Assembly (NCBI GenBank): GCA_964016885.1
Contig: OZ024741.1
Coordinates: 389,546,001 to 389,610,000 of the forward strand
DNA length: 64,000 nucleotides
From: Eledone cirrhosa
Taxonomy: Eukaryota
Direction of reading: 5' to 3'
Shown here piece by piece: positions 32,501 through 50,500 of this stretch. The position numbers and the translations under genes are program-made. The notes under the pieces were generated by a model, which saw only the letters and a program-made list of their open reading frames with translations, ran no database searches and was not told the DNA's origin. The number at the start of each line of letters is the position of its first letter. Position 1 is the first letter of the stretch.

Positions 32501-35500
32501 TACGGTACTCACCACTACTACAACAGTACCACTACTGTAGACTACGGTACTCACCACTACTACAACATTACCACTACTGTAGACTATGGTACTCACCACT
32601 ACTACAACAGTACCACTACTCTAGACTATGGTACTCACCACTACTACAACAGTACCACTACTGTAGACTATGGTACTCACCACTACTACAACAGTACCAC
32701 TACTGTAGACTACGGTACTCACCACTACTACAACAGTACCACTACTGTAGACTATGGTACTCACCACTACTACAACAGTACCACTACTGTAGACTATGGT
32801 ACTCACCACTACTACAACAGTACCACTACTCTAGACTATGGTACTCACCACTACTACAACAGTACCACTACTCTAGACTATGGTACTCACCACTAATACA
32901 ACAGTACCACTACTGTAGACTACGGTACTCACCACGACTACAACAGTACAACTACTGTAGACTATGGTACTCACCACTACTACAACAGTACCACTACTGT
33001 AGACTATGGTACTCACCACTACTACAACAGTACAACTACTGTAGACTATGGTACTCACCACTACTACAACAGCAACTCTACTGTAGACTATGGTACTCAC
33101 CACTACTACAACAGTACCACTACTCTAGACTACGGTACTCACCACTACTACAACAGTACCACTACTCTAGTACGGTACTCACCACTACTACAACAGTACC
33201 ACTACTGTAGACTACGGTACTCACCACTACTACAAAAGTACCACTACTCTAGACTATGGTACTCACCACTACTACAACAGTAGCACTACTGTAGACTATG
33301 GTACTCACTACTACTACAACAGTACCACTACTCTAGACTATGGTACTCACCACTACTACAACAGTACCACTACTGTAGACTATGGTACTCACCACTACTA
33401 CAACAGTACCACTACTGTAGACTATGGTACTCACCACTACTACAACAGTACCACTACTGTAGACTACGGTACTCACCACTACTACAACAGTACCACTACT
33501 GTAGACTATGGTACTGACCACTACTACAACAGTACCACTACTCTAGACTACGGTACTCACCACTACTACAACAGTACCACTACTCTAGACTACGGTACTC
33601 ACCACTACTACAACAGCACCACTACTGTAGACTACGGTACTCACCACTACTACAACAGTACCACTACTGTAGACTAAGGTACTCACCACTACTACAACAG
33701 TACCACTACTCTAGACTACGGTACTCACCACTACTACAACAGTACCACTACTCTAGACTACGGAACTCACCACTACTACAACAGTACCACTACACTAGAC
33801 TACGGTACTCACCACTACTACAACAGTACCACTACTGTAGACTATGGTACTCACCACTACTACAACAGTACCACTACACTAGACTACGGTACTCACCACT
33901 ACTACAACAGTACCACTACACTAGACTACGGAACTCACCACTACTACAACAGTACCACTACTGTAGACTATGGTACTCACCACTACTACAACAGTACCAC
34001 TACACTAGACTACGGTACTCACCACTACTACAACAGTACCACTACACTAGACTACGGAACTCACCACTACTACAACAGTACCACTACTGTAGACTACGGT
34101 ACTCACCACTACTACAACAGTACCACTACACTAGACTACGGAACTCACCACTACTACAACAGTACCACTACACTAGACTATGGTACTCACCACTACTACA
34201 ACAGTACCACTACTGTAGACTACGGTACTCACCACTACTACAACAGTACCACTACTGTAGACTACGGTACTCACCACTACTACAACAGTACCACTACACT
34301 AGACTACGGAACTCACCACTACTACAACAGTACCACTGCTGTAGACTATGGTACTCACCACTACTACAACAGTACCACTACTGTAGACTATGGTACTCAC
34401 CACTACTACAACAGTACCACTACTCTAGACTACGGTACTCACCACTACTACAACAGTACCACTACTCTAGACTACGGTACTCACCACTACTACAACAGTA
34501 CCACTACTGTAGACTACGGTACTCACCACTACTACAACAGTACCACTACTCTAGACTACGGTACTCACCACTACTACAACAGTACCACTACTGTAGACTA
34601 CGGAACTCACCACTACTACAACAGTACCACTACTGTAGACTATGGTACTCACCACTACTACAACAGTACCACTACCGTAGACTATGGTACTCACCACTAC
34701 TACAACTGTACCACTACTGTAGACTATGGTACTCACCACTACTACAACAGTACCACTACTGTAGACTATGGTACTCACCACTACTACAACAGTACCACTA
34801 CTGTAGACTATGGTACTCACCACTACTACAACAGTACCACTAATGTAGACTACGGTACTCACCACTACTACAACAGTACAACTACTGTAGACTATGGTAC
34901 TCACCACTACTACAACAGTACCACTACAGTAGACTACGCTACTCACCACAACTACAACAGTACCACTACTGTAGACTACGCTACTCACCACTACTACAAC
35001 AGTACCACTACTGTAGACTACGCTACTCACCACTACTACAACAGTACCACTACCGTAGACTATGGAACTCACCACTACTACAACAGTACCACTACTGTAG
35101 ACTATGGTACTCACCACTACTACAACAGTACCACTAATGTAGACTACGGTACTCACCACTACTACAACAGTACCACTACTGTAGACTACGCTACTCACCA
35201 CAACTACAACAGTACCACTACTGTAGACTACGCTACTCACCACTACTACAACAGTACCACTACCGTAGACTATGGAACTCACCACTACTACAACAGTACC
35301 ACTACTGTAGACTACGGTACTCACCACTACTACAACAGTACCACTAATGTAGACTACGCTACTCACCACTACTACAACAGTACCACTACTGTAGACTACG
35401 GTACTCACCACTACTACAACAGTACCACTACTGTAGACTACGCTACTCACCACTACTACAACAGTACCACTACCGTAGACTATGGAACTCACCACTACTA

Positions 35501-38500
35501 CAACAGTACCACTACTGTAGACTACGGTACTCACCACTACTACAACAGTACCACTAATGTAGACTACGCTACTCACCACTACTACAACAGTACCACTACT
35601 GTAGACTACGCTACTCACCACTACTACAACAGTACCACTACTCTAGACTACGGTACTCACCACTACTACAACAGTACCACTAATGTAGACTACGGTACTC
35701 ACCACTACTACAACAGTACCACTACTGTAGACTACGGTACTCACCACTACTACAACAGTACCACTACTCTAGACTACGGTACTCACCACTACTACAACAG
35801 TACCACTACTGTAGACTACGGTACTCACCACTACTACAACAGTACAACTACTGTAGACTATGGTACTCACCACTACTACAACAGTACCACTACTGTAGAC
35901 TATGGTACTCACCACTACTACAACAGTACCACTACTGTAGACTACGCTACTCACCACTACTACAACAGTACCACTACTCTAGACTATGGTACTCACCACT
36001 ACTACAACAGTACCACTAATGTAGACTACGGTACTCACCACTACTACAGCAGTACCACTACTGTAGACTACGGTACTCACCACTACTACAACAGTACCAC
36101 TGCTGTAGACTATGGTACTCACCACTACTACAACAGTACAACTATTGTAGACTATGGTACTCACCACTACTACAACAGTACCACTACTGTAGACTACGCT
36201 ACTCACCACTACTACAACAGTACCACCACTGTAGACTATGGTACTCACCACCACTACAACAGTACCACTACTGTAGACTATGGTACTCACCACTACTACA
36301 AAAGTACCACTACTGTAGACTACGGTACTCACCACTACTACAACAGTACCACTACTGTAGACTACGGTACTCACCACTACTACAACATTACCACTACTGT
36401 AGACTATGGTACTCACCACTACTACAACAGTACCACTACTCTAGACTATGGTACTCACCACTACTACAACAGTACCACTACTGTAGACTATGGTACTCAC
36501 CACTACTACAACAGTACCACTACTCTAGACTATGGTACTCACCACTACTACAACAGTACCACTACTCTAGACTATGGTACTCACCACTAATACAACAGTA
36601 CCACTACTGTAGACTACGGTACTCACCACTACTACAACAGTACCACTACTGTAGACTACGGTACTCACCACTACTACAACAGTACAACTACTGTAGACTA
36701 TGGTACTCACCACTACTACAACAGCAACTCTACTGTAGACTATGGTACTCACCACTACTACAACTGCAACTCTACTGTAGACTATGGTACTCACCACTAC
36801 TACAACAGTACCACTACTCTAGACTACGGTACTCACCACTACTACAACAGTACCACTACTCTAGTACGGTACTCACCACTACTACAACAGTACCACTACT
36901 GTAGACTACGGTACTCACCACTACTACAAAAGTACCACTACTCTAGACTATGGTACTCACCACTACTACAACAGTAGCACTACTGTAGACTATGGTACTC
37001 ACTACTACTACAACAGTACCACTACTCTAGACTATGGTACTCACCACTACTACAACAGTACCACTACTGTAGACTATGGTACTCACCACTACTACAACAG
37101 TACCACTACTGTAGACTATGGTACTCACCACTACTACAACAGTACCACTACTGTAGACTATGGTACTCACCACTACTACAACAGTACCACTACTGTAGAC
37201 TACGGTACTCACCACTACTACAACAGTACCACTACTGTAGACTATGGTACTGACCACTACTACAACAGTACCACTACTCTAGACTACGGTACTCACCACT
37301 ACTACAACAGTACCACTACTGTAGACTATGGTACTCACCACTACTACAACAGTACCACTACTCTAGACTACGGTACTCACCACTACTACAACAGTACCAC
37401 TAATGTAGACTATGGTACTCACCACTACTACAACGGTACCACTACTGTAGACTATGGTACTCACCCCTACTGCAACAGTACAACTACTGTAGACTATGGT
37501 ACTCACCACTACTACAACAGTACCACTACTCTAGACTACGGTACTCACCACTACTACAACAGTACCACTAATGTAGACTATGGTACTCACCACTACTACA
37601 ACAGTACAACTACTGTAGACTATGGTAGTCACCGCTACTGTAGACTACGGTACTCACCACTACTACAACAGTACCACTGCTGTAGACTACGGTACTCACC
37701 ACTACTACAAAAGTACCACTACTGTAGACTACGGTACTCACCACTACTACAACAGTACCACTACTGTAGACTACGGTACTCACCACTACTACAACATTAC
37801 CACTACTGTAGACTATGGTACTCACCACTACTACAACAGTACCACTACTGTAGACTACGGTACTCACCACTACTACAACATTACCACTACTGTAGACTAT
37901 GGTACTCACCACTACTACAACAGTACCACTACTGTAGACTACGGTACTCACCACTACTACAACATTACCACTACTGTAGACTATGGTACTCACCACTACT
38001 ACAAAAGTACCACTACTGTAGACTACGGTACTCACCACTACTACAACAGTACCACTACTGTAGACTACGGTACTCACCACTACTACAACATTACCACTAC
38101 TGTAGACTATGGTACTCACCACTACTACAAAAGTACCACTACTGTAGACTACGGTACTCACCACTACTACAACAGTACCACTACTGTAGACTACGGTACT
38201 CACCACTACTACAACAGTACCACTACTGTAGACTACGGTACTCACCACTACTACAACATTACCACTACTGTAGACTTTGGTACTCACCACTACTACAACA
38301 GTACCACTACTCTAGACTACGGTACTCACCACTACTACAACATTACCACTACTGTAGACTATGGTACTCACCACTACTACAACAGTACCACTACTCTAGA
38401 CTACGGTACTCACCACTACTACAACAGTACCACTACTGTAGACTACGGTACTCACCACTACTACAACATTACCACTACTGTAGACTATGGTACTCACCAC

Positions 38501-41500
38501 TACTACAACAGTACCACTACTGTAGACTACGGTACTCACCACTACTACAACAGTACCACTACTCTAGACTATGGTACTCACCACTACTACAACAGTACCA
38601 CTACTGTAGACTACGGTACTCACCACTACTACAACAGTACCACTACTCTAGACTATGGTACTCACCACTACTACAACAGTACCACTACTGTAGACTACCG
38701 TACTCACCACTACTACAACAGTACCACTACTCTAGACTATGGTACTCACCACTACTACAACAGTACCACTACTGTAGACTACGGTACTCACCACTACTAC
38801 AACAGTACCACTACTCTAGACTATGGTACTCACCACTACTACAACAGTACCACTACTGTAGACTACCGTACTCACCACTACTACAACAGTACCACTACTC
38901 TAGACTATGGTACTCACCACTACTACAACAGTACCACTACTGTAGACTATGGTACTCACCACTACTACAACAGTACCACTACTCTAGACTATGGTACTCA
39001 CCACTACTACAACAGTACCACTACTGTAGACTACGGTACTCACCACTACTACAACAGTACCACTACTGTAGACTATGGTACTGACCACTACTACAACAGT
39101 ACCACTACTCTAGACTACGGTACTCACCACTACTACAACAGTACCACTACTGTAGACTATGGTACTCACCACTACTACAACAGTACCACTACTCTAGACT
39201 ACGGTACTCACCACTACTACAACAGTACCACTAATGTAGACTATGGTACTCACCACTACTACAACGGTACCACTACTGTAGACTATGGTACTCACCACTA
39301 TTACAACAGTACAACTACTGTAGACTACGGTACTCACCACTACTACAACAGTACCACTAATGTAGACTATGGTACTCACCACTACTACAACGGTACCACT
39401 ACTGTAGACTATGGTACTCACCACTATTACAACAGTACAACTACTCTAGACTACGATACTCACCACTACTGCAACAGTACAACTACTGTAGACTATGGTA
39501 CTCACCACTACTACAACAGTACCACTACTGTAGACTATGGTACTCACCACTATTACAACAGTACAACTACTGTAGACTACGATACTCACCACTACTACAA
39601 CAGTACCACTACTCTAGACTACGGTACTCACGACTACTACAACAGTACAACTACTGTAGACTACGGTACTCACCACTACTACAACAGCAACTCTACTGTA
39701 GACTATGGTACTCACCACTACTACAACAGCAACTCTACTGTAGACTATGGTACTCACCACTACTACAACAGCAACTCTACTGTAAACTATGGTACTCACC
39801 ACTACTACAACAATACCACTACTCTAGACTACGGTACTCACCACTACTAAAACAGTACCACTACTCTAGACTACGGTACTCACCACTACTACAACAGTAC
39901 CACTACTGTAGACTACGGTACTCACCACTACTACAACAGCAACTCTACTGTAGACTATGGTACTCACCACTACTACAACAGCAACTCTACTGTAGACTAC
40001 GGTACTCACCACTACTACAACAGTACCACTACTGTAGACTACGGTACTCACCACTACTACAACAGTACCACTACTCTAGACTACGGTACTCACCAATACT
40101 ACAACAGTACCACTACTGTAGACTATGGTACTCACCACTACTACAACAGTACCACTACTCTAGACTACGGTACTCACCACTACTACAACAGTACCACTAA
40201 TGTAGACTATGGTACTCACCACTACTACAACAGTACCACTACTCTAGACTACGGTACTCACCACTACTACAACAGTACCACTACTCTAGAGTACGGAACT
40301 CACCACTACTACAACAGTACCACTACTGTAGACTATGGTACTCACCACTACTACAACAGTACCACTACTGTAGACTATGGTACTCACCACTACTACAACA
40401 GTACCACTACTCTAGACTACGGTACTCACCACTACTACAACAGTACCACTACTGTAGACTATGGTACTCACCACTACTACAACAGTACCACTACTCTAGA
40501 CTACGGTACTCACCACTACTACAACAGTACCACTAATGTAGACTATGGTACTCACCACTACTACAACAGTACCACTACTCTAGACTACGGTACTCACCAC
40601 TACTACAACAGTACCACTAATGTAGACTATGGTACTCACCACTACTACAACAGTACCACTACTCTAGACTACGGTACTCACCACTACTACAACAGTACCA
40701 CTACTCTAGAGTACGGAACTCACCACTACTACAACGGTACCACTACTGTAGACTATGGTACTCACCACTACTACAACAGTACCACTACTGTAGACTATGG
40801 TACTCACCACTACTACAACAGTACCACTACTCTAGACTACGGTACTCACCACTACTACAACAGTACCACTACTGTAGACTATGGTACTCACCACTACTAC
40901 AACAGTACCACTACTCTAGACTACGGTACTCACCACTACTACAACAGTACCACTACTCTATACTATGGAACTCACCACTACTACAACAGTACCACTACTC
41001 TAGACTACGGTACTCACCACTACTACAACAGTACCACTACACTAGACTACGGAACTCACCACTACTACAACAGTACCACTACTGTAGACTACGCTACTCA
41101 CCACAACAACAACAGTACCACTACTGTAGACTACGCTACTGACCACTACTACAACAGTACCACTACTGTAGACTACGCTACTCACCACTACTACAACAGT
41201 ACCACTACTGTAGACTATGGTACTCACCACTACTACAACAGTACCACTAATGTAGACTACGGTACTCACCACTACTACAACAGTACCACTACCGTAGACT
41301 ATGGTACTCACCACTAATACAACAGTACCACTACAGTAGACTATGGTACTCACCACTACTACAACAGTACCACTACTGTAGACTATGGTACTCACCACTA
41401 CTACAACAGTACCACTACTCTAGACTACGGTACTCACCACTACTACAACAGTACCACCACTGTAGACTATGGTACTCACCACCACTACAACATTACCACT

Positions 41501-44500
41501 ACTGTAGACTATGGTACTCACCACTACTACAACAGTACCACTACTCTAGACTATGGTACTCACCACTACTACAACAGTACCACTACTGTAGACTATGGTA
41601 CTCACCAATACTACAACAGTACCACTACTCTAGACTATGGTACTCACCACTACTACAACAGTACCACTACTCTAGACTATGGTACTCACCACTAATACAA
41701 CAGTACCACTACTGTAGACTATGGTACTCACCACTACTACAACAGTACAACTACTGTAGACTATGGTACTCACCACTACTACAACAGTACCACTACTGTA
41801 GACTACGGTACTCACCACTACTACAACAGCAACTCTACTGTAGACTATGGTACTCACCACTACTACAACAGTACCACTACTCTAGACTATGGTACTCACC
41901 ACTACTACAACAGTACCACTACTCTAGACTATGGTACTCACCACTAATACAACAGTACAACTACTGTAGACTATGGTACTCACCACTACTACAACAGCAA
42001 CTCTACTGTAGACTATGGTACTCACCACTACTACAACAGTACCACTACTCTAGACTACGGTACTCACCACTACCACAACAGTACCATTACTCTAGACTAC
42101 GGTACTCACCACTACTACAACAGTACCACTACTGTAGACTACGGTACTCACAACTACTACAACAGTACCACTACTCTAGACTATGGTACTCACCACTACT
42201 ACAACAGTAGCACTACTGTAGACTATGGTACTCACTACTACTACAACAGTACCACTACTCTAGACTATGGTACTCACCACTACTACAACAGTACCACTAC
42301 TGTAGACTATGGTACTCACCACTACTACAACAGTACCACTACTGTAGACTACGGTACTCATCACTACTACAGCAGTACCACTACTGTAGACTACGGTACT
42401 CACCACTACTACAACAGTACAACTACTGTAGACTACGGTACTCACCACTACTACAACAGCAACTCTACTGTAGACTATGGTACTCACCACTACTACAACA
42501 GCAACTCTACTGTAGACTATGGTACTCACCACTACTACAACAGTACCACTACTCTAGACTACGGTACTCACCACTACTAAAACAGTACCACTACTCTAGA
42601 CTACGGTACTCACCACTACTACAACAGTACAACTACTCTAGACTACGGTACTCACCACTACTACAACAGTACCACTACTGTAGACTACGGTACTCACCAC
42701 TACTACAACAGTACCACTACTCTAGACTATGGTACTCACCACTACTACAACAGTACCACTACTCTAGACTACGGTACTCACCACTACTACAACAGTACCA
42801 CTACTGTAGACTATGGTACTCACCACTACTACAACAGTACCACTACTCTAGACTACGGTACTCACCACTACTACAACAGTACCACTAATGTAGACTATGG
42901 TACTCACCACTACTACAACAGTACCACTACTCTAGACTACGGTACTCACCACTACTACAACAGTACCACTACTCTAGACTACGGAACTCACCATTACTAC
43001 AACATTACCACTACTGTAGACTATGGTACTCACCACTACTACAACATTACCACTACTGTAGACTATGGTACTCACCACTACTACAACAGTACCACTACTC
43101 TAGACTACGGTACTCACCACTACTACAACAGTACCACTACTGTAGACTATGGTACTCACCACTACTACAACAGTACCACTACTCTAGACTACGGTACTCA
43201 CCACTACTACAACAGTACCACTAATGTAGACTATGGTACTCACCACTACTACAACAGTACCACTACTCTAGACTACGGTACTCACCACTACTACAACAGT
43301 ACCACTACTCTAGACTACGGAACTCACCACTACTACAACAGTACCACTACTCTAGACTACGGTACTCACCACTACTACAACAGTACCACTACTGTAGACT
43401 ATGGTACTCACCACTACTACAAAAGTACCACTACTGTAGACTATGGTACTCACCACTACTACAACAGTACCACTACTGTAGACTACGGTACTCACCACTA
43501 CTACAACAGTACCACTACTCTAGACTACGGTACTCACCACTACTACAACAGTACCACTACTGTAGACTACGGTACTCACCACTACTACAACAGTACCACT
43601 AATGTAGACTATGGTACTCACCACTACTACAACAGTACCACTACTCTAGACTACGGTACTCACCACTACTACAACAGTACCACTACTCTAGACTACGGAA
43701 CTCACCACTACTACAACAGTACCACTACTCTAGACTACGGTACTCACCACTACTACAACAGTACCACTACTGTAGACTATGGTACTCACCACTACTACAA
43801 CAGTACCACTACTGTAGACTATGGTACTCACCACTACTACAACAGTACCACTACTGTAGACTATGGTACTCACCACTACTACAACAGTACCACTACTCTA
43901 GACTACGGTACTCACCACTACTACAACAGTACCACTACTCTAGACTACGGTACTCACCACTACTACAACAGTACCACTACTCTAGACTACGGTACTCACC
44001 ACTACTACAACAGTACCACTAATGTAGACTATAGTACTCACCACTACTACAACAGTACCACTACTGTAGACTATGGTACTCACCACTACTACAACAGTAC
44101 CACCACTGTAGACTATGGTACTCACCACTACTACAACAGTACCACTACTGTAGACTATGGTACTCACCACTACTACAACAGTACCACTACTCTAGACTAG
44201 GGTACTCACAACTACTACAACAGTACCACTACTGTAGACTACGGTACTCACCACTACTACAACAGTACCACTACTGTAGACTACGGTACTCACCACTACT
44301 ACAACAGTACCACTACTGTAGACTATGGTACTCACCACTACTACAACAGTACCACTACTCTAGACTACGGAACTCACCACTACTACAAAAGTACCACTAC
44401 TCTAGACTACGGTACTCACCACTACTACAACAGTACCACTACTGTAGACTACGGTACTCACCACTACTACAACAGTACCACTACTCTAGACTATGGTACT

Positions 44501-47500
44501 CACCACTACTACAACAGTACCACTACTCTAGACTACGGTACTCACCACTACTACAACAGTACCACTACTGTAGACTACGGTACTCACCACTACTACAACA
44601 GTACAACTACTGTAGACTACGGTACTCACCACTACTACAACAGTACAACTACTGTAGACTACGGTACTCACCACTACTACAACAGTACCACTACTGTAGA
44701 CTACGGTACTCACCACTACTACAACAGTACCACTAATGTAGACTATGGTACTCACCACTACTACAACAGTACCACTACTGTAGACTACGCTACTCACTAC
44801 TACTACAACAGTACCACTACTGTAGACTATGGTACTCACCACTACTACAACAGTACCACTACTCTAGACTACGGTACTCACCACTACTACAACAGTACCA
44901 CTACTCTAGACTACGGAACTCACCACTACTACAACAGTACCACTACTGTAGACTATGGTACTCACCACTACTACAACAGTACCACTACTGTAGACTACGG
45001 TACTCACCACTACTACAACAGTACCACTACTCTAGACTACGGTACTCACCACTACTACAACAGTACCACTACTCAAGACTACGGAACTCACCACTACTAC
45101 AACAGTACCACTACTGTAGACTATGGTACTCACCACTACTACAACAGTACCACTACTCTAGACTACGGTACTCACCACTACTACAACAGTACCACTACTG
45201 TAGACTATGGTACTCACCACTACTACAACAGTACCACTACTGTAGACTACGGTACTCACCACTACTACAACAGTACCACTACTGTAGACTATGGTACTCA
45301 CCACTACTACAACAGTACCACTACTGTAGACTATGGTACTCACCACTACTACAACAGTACCACTACTGTAGACTATGGTACTCACCACTACTACAACAGT
45401 ACCACTACTGTAGACTATGGTACTCACCACTACTACAACAGTACCACTACCGTAGACTATGGTACTCACCACTACTACAAAAGTACCACTACTGTAGACT
45501 ATGGTACTCACCACTACTACAACAGTACCACTACTCTAGACTACGGTACTCACCACTACTACAACAGTACCACTACTGTAGACTATGGTACTCACCACTA
45601 CTACAACAGTACCACTACTGTAGACTACGCTACTCACCACTACTACAACAGTACCACTACTGTAGACTATGGTACTCACCACTACTACAACAGTACCACT
45701 AATGTAGACTACGGTACTCACCACTACTACAACAGTACCACTACCGTAGACTATGGTACTCACTACTACTACAACAGTACCACTAATGTAGACTACGGTA
45801 CTCACCACTACTACAACAGTACCACTACCGTAGACTATGGTACTCACCACTACTACAACAGTACCACTACCGTAGACTATGGTACTTACCACTACTACAA
45901 CAGTACCACTAATGTAGACTATGGTACTCACCACTACTACAACAGTACCACTACTGTAGACTATGGTACTCACCACTACTACAACAGTACCACTACTGTA
46001 GACTACGGTACTCACCACTACTACAACAGTACCACTACTGTAGACTATGGTACTCACCACTACTACAACAGTACCACTACTGTAGACTATGGTACTCACC
46101 ACTACTACAACAGTACAACTACTGTAGACTACGGTACTCACCACTACTACAACAGTACCACTACTGTAGACTACGGTACTCACCACTACTACAACAGTAC
46201 CACCACTGTAGACTATGGTACTCACCACTACTACAACAGTACCACTACTGTAGACTATGGTACTCACCACTACTACAACAGTACCACTGCTGTAGACTAC
46301 GCTACTCACCACAACTACAACAGTACCACTACTGTAGACTACGCTACTGACCACTACTACAACAGTACCACTACTGTAGACTACGCTACTCACCACTACT
46401 ACAACAGTACCACTACTGTAGACTATGGTACTCACCACTACTACAACAGTACCACTAATGTAGACTACGGTACTCACCACTACTACAACAGTACCACTAC
46501 CGTAGACTATGGTACTCACCACTACTACAACAGTACCACTAATGTAGACTACGGTACTCACCACTACTACAACAGTACCACTACTGTAGACTATGGTACT
46601 CACCACTACTACAACAGTACCACTACTGTAGACTATGGTACACACCACTACTACAACAGTACCACTACTGTAGACTATAGTACTCACCACTACTACAACA
46701 GTACCACCACTGTAGACTATGGTACTCACCACTACTACAACAGTACCACTACTGTAGACTACGCTACTCACCACTACTACAACAGTACCACTACTGTAGA
46801 CTATGGTACTCACCACTACTACAACAGTACCACCACTGTAGACTATGGTACTCACCACCACTACAACAGTACCACTAATGTAGACTACGGTACTCACCAC
46901 TACTACAACAGTACCACTACTCTAGACTAGGGTACTCACCACTACTACAACAGTACAACTACTGTAGACTACGGTACTCACCACTACTACAACAGTACCA
47001 CTACTGTAGACTATGGTACTCACCACTACTACAACAGTACAACTACTGTAGACTATGGTACTCACCACTACTATGACAGTACAACTACTGTAGACTACGC
47101 TACTCACCACTACTACAACAGTACCACCACTGTAGACTATGGTACTCACCACCACTACAACAGTACCACCCACTGTAGACTATGGTACTCACCACTACTA
47201 CAAAAGTACCACTACTGTAGACTACGGTACTCACCACTACTACAACAGTACCACTACTGTAGACTACGGTACTCACCACTACTACAACATTACCACTACT
47301 GTAGACTATGGTACTCACCACTACTACAACAGTACCACTACTCTAGACTATGGTACTCACCACTACTACAATAGTACCACTACTGTAGACTATGGTACTC
47401 ACCACTACTACAACAGTACCACTACTCTAGACTATGGTACTCACCACTACTACAACAGTACCACTACTGTAGACTACGGTACTCACCACTACTACAACAT

Positions 47501-50500
47501 TACCACTACTCTAGACTATGGTACTCACCACTACTACAACAGTACCACTACTCTAGACTACGGTACTCACCACTACTACAACAGTACCACTACTGTAGAC
47601 TATGGTACTCACCACTACTACAACAGCACAACTACTGTAGACTACGGTACTCACCCCTACTACAACAGTACAACTACTGTAGACTATGGTACTCACCACT
47701 ACTACAACAGTACCACTACTCTAGACTACGGTACTCACCACTACTACAACAGTACCACTACTGTAGACTATGGTACTCACCACTACTACAACAGTACCAC
47801 TACTCTAGACTACGGTACTGACCACTACTACAACAGTACCACTAATGTAGACTATGGTACTCACCACTACTACAACAGTACCACTACTCTAGACTACGGT
47901 ACTCACCACTACTACAACAGCAACTCTACTGTAGACTATGGTACTCACCACTACTACAACAGTACCACTACTCTAGACTACGGTACTCACCACTACTACA
48001 ACAGTACCACTACTCTAGACTACGGAACTCACCACTACTACAACAGTACCACTACTCTAGACTACGGAACTCACCACTACTACAACAGTACCACTACTCT
48101 AGACTACGGTACTCACCACTACTACAACAGTACCACTACTGTAGACTATGGTACTCACCACTACTACAACAGTACCACTACTCTAGACTACGGAACTCAC
48201 CACTACTACAACAGTACCACTACTGTAGACTATGGTACTCACCACTACTACAACAGTACCACTACTGTAGACTACGCTACTCATCACAACTACAACAGTA
48301 CCACTAATGTAGACTACGGTACTCACCACTACTACAACAGTACAACTACTGTAGACTATTGTACTCACCACTACTACAACAGTACCACTGCTGTAGACTA
48401 CGCTACTCACCACAACTACAACAGTACCACTACTGTAGACTACGCTACTGACCACTACTACAACAGTACCACTACTGTAGACTACGGTACTCACCACTAC
48501 TACAGTACCACTACTCTAGACTACGGTACTCACCACTACTACAACAGTACCACTACTGTAGACTATGGTACTCACCACTACTACAACAGTACCACTACCG
48601 TAGACTATGGTACTCACCACTACTACAACAGTACCACTAATGTAGACTACGGTACTCACCACTACTACAACAGTACAACTACTGTAGACTATGGTACTCA
48701 CCACTACTACAACAGTACCACTACTCTAGACTACGGAACTCACCACTACTACAACAGTACCACTACTCTAGACTATGGTACTCACCACTACTACAACAGT
48801 ACAACTACTGTAGACTATGGTACTCACCACTACTACAACAGTACAACTACTGTAGACTACGCTACTCACCACTACTACAACAGTACCACCACTGTAGACT
48901 ATGGTACTCACCACTACTACAAAAGTACCACTACTGTAGACTATGGTACTCACCACTACTACAACAGTACCACTACTGTAGACTATGGTACTCACCACTA
49001 CTACAACATTACCACTACTGTAGACTATGGTACTCACCACTACTACAACAGTACCACTACTCTAGACTATGGTACTCACCACTACTACAACAGTACCACT
49101 ACTGTAGACTATGGTACTCACCACTACTTCAACAGTACCACTACTCTAGACTATGGTACTCACCACTACTACAACAGTACCACTACTCTAGACTATGGTA
49201 CTCACCACTACTACAACAGTACCACTACTGTAGACTACGGTACTCACCACTACTACAACAGTACCACTACTCTAGACTATGGTACTCACCACTACTACAA
49301 CAGTACCACTACTCTAGACTACGGAACTCACCACTACTACAACAGTACGACTACTCTAGACTACGGTACTCACCACTACTACAACAGTACCATTACTGTA
49401 GACTACGGTACTCACCACTACTACAACAGTACCACTACTCTAGACTATGGTACTCACCACTACTACAACAGTAGCACTACTGTAGACTATGGTACTCACC
49501 ACTACTACAACAGTACCACTACTGTAGACTATGGCACTCACCACTACTACAACAGTACCACTAATGTAGACTACGGTACTCACCACTACTACAACAGTAC
49601 CACTACTGTAGACTACGGTACTCACCACTACTGCAACAGTACAACTACTGTAGACTATGGTACTCACCACTACTACAACAGTACCACTACTGTAGACTAC
49701 GCTACTCATCACAACTACAACAGTACCACTACTGTAGACTACGCTACTCACCACTACTACAACAGTACCACTACTGTAGACTACGCTACTCACCACTACT
49801 ACAACAGTACCACTACTGTTGACTATGGTACTCACCACTACTACAACAGTACCACTCATGTAGACTACGGTACTCACCACTACTACAACAGTACCACTAC
49901 CGTAGACTATGGTACTCACCACTACTACAACAGTACCACTAATGTAGACTACGGTACTCACCACTACTACAACAGTACCACTACTGTAGACTATGGTACT
50001 CACCACTACTACAACAGTACCACTACTCTAGACTACGGTACTGACCACTACTACAACAGTACCACTAATGTAGACTATGGTACTCACCACTACTACAACA
50101 GTACCACTACTCTAGACTACGGTACTCACCACTACTACAACAGTACCACTACTGTAGACTATGGTACTCACCACTACTACAACAGTACCACTAATGTAGA
50201 CTATGGTACTCACCACTACTACAACAGTACCACTACTCTAGACTACGGTACTCACCACTACTACAACAGTACCACTACTGTAGACTATGGTACTCACCAC
50301 TACTACAACAGTACCACTACTCTAGACTACGGAACTCACCATTACTACAACAGTACCACTACTGTAGACTATGGTACTCACCACTACTACAACAGTACCA
50401 CTACTGTAGACTATGGTACTCACCACTACTACAACAGTACCACTACTCTAGACTACGGTACTCACCACTACTACAACAGTACCACTACTCTAGACTACGG

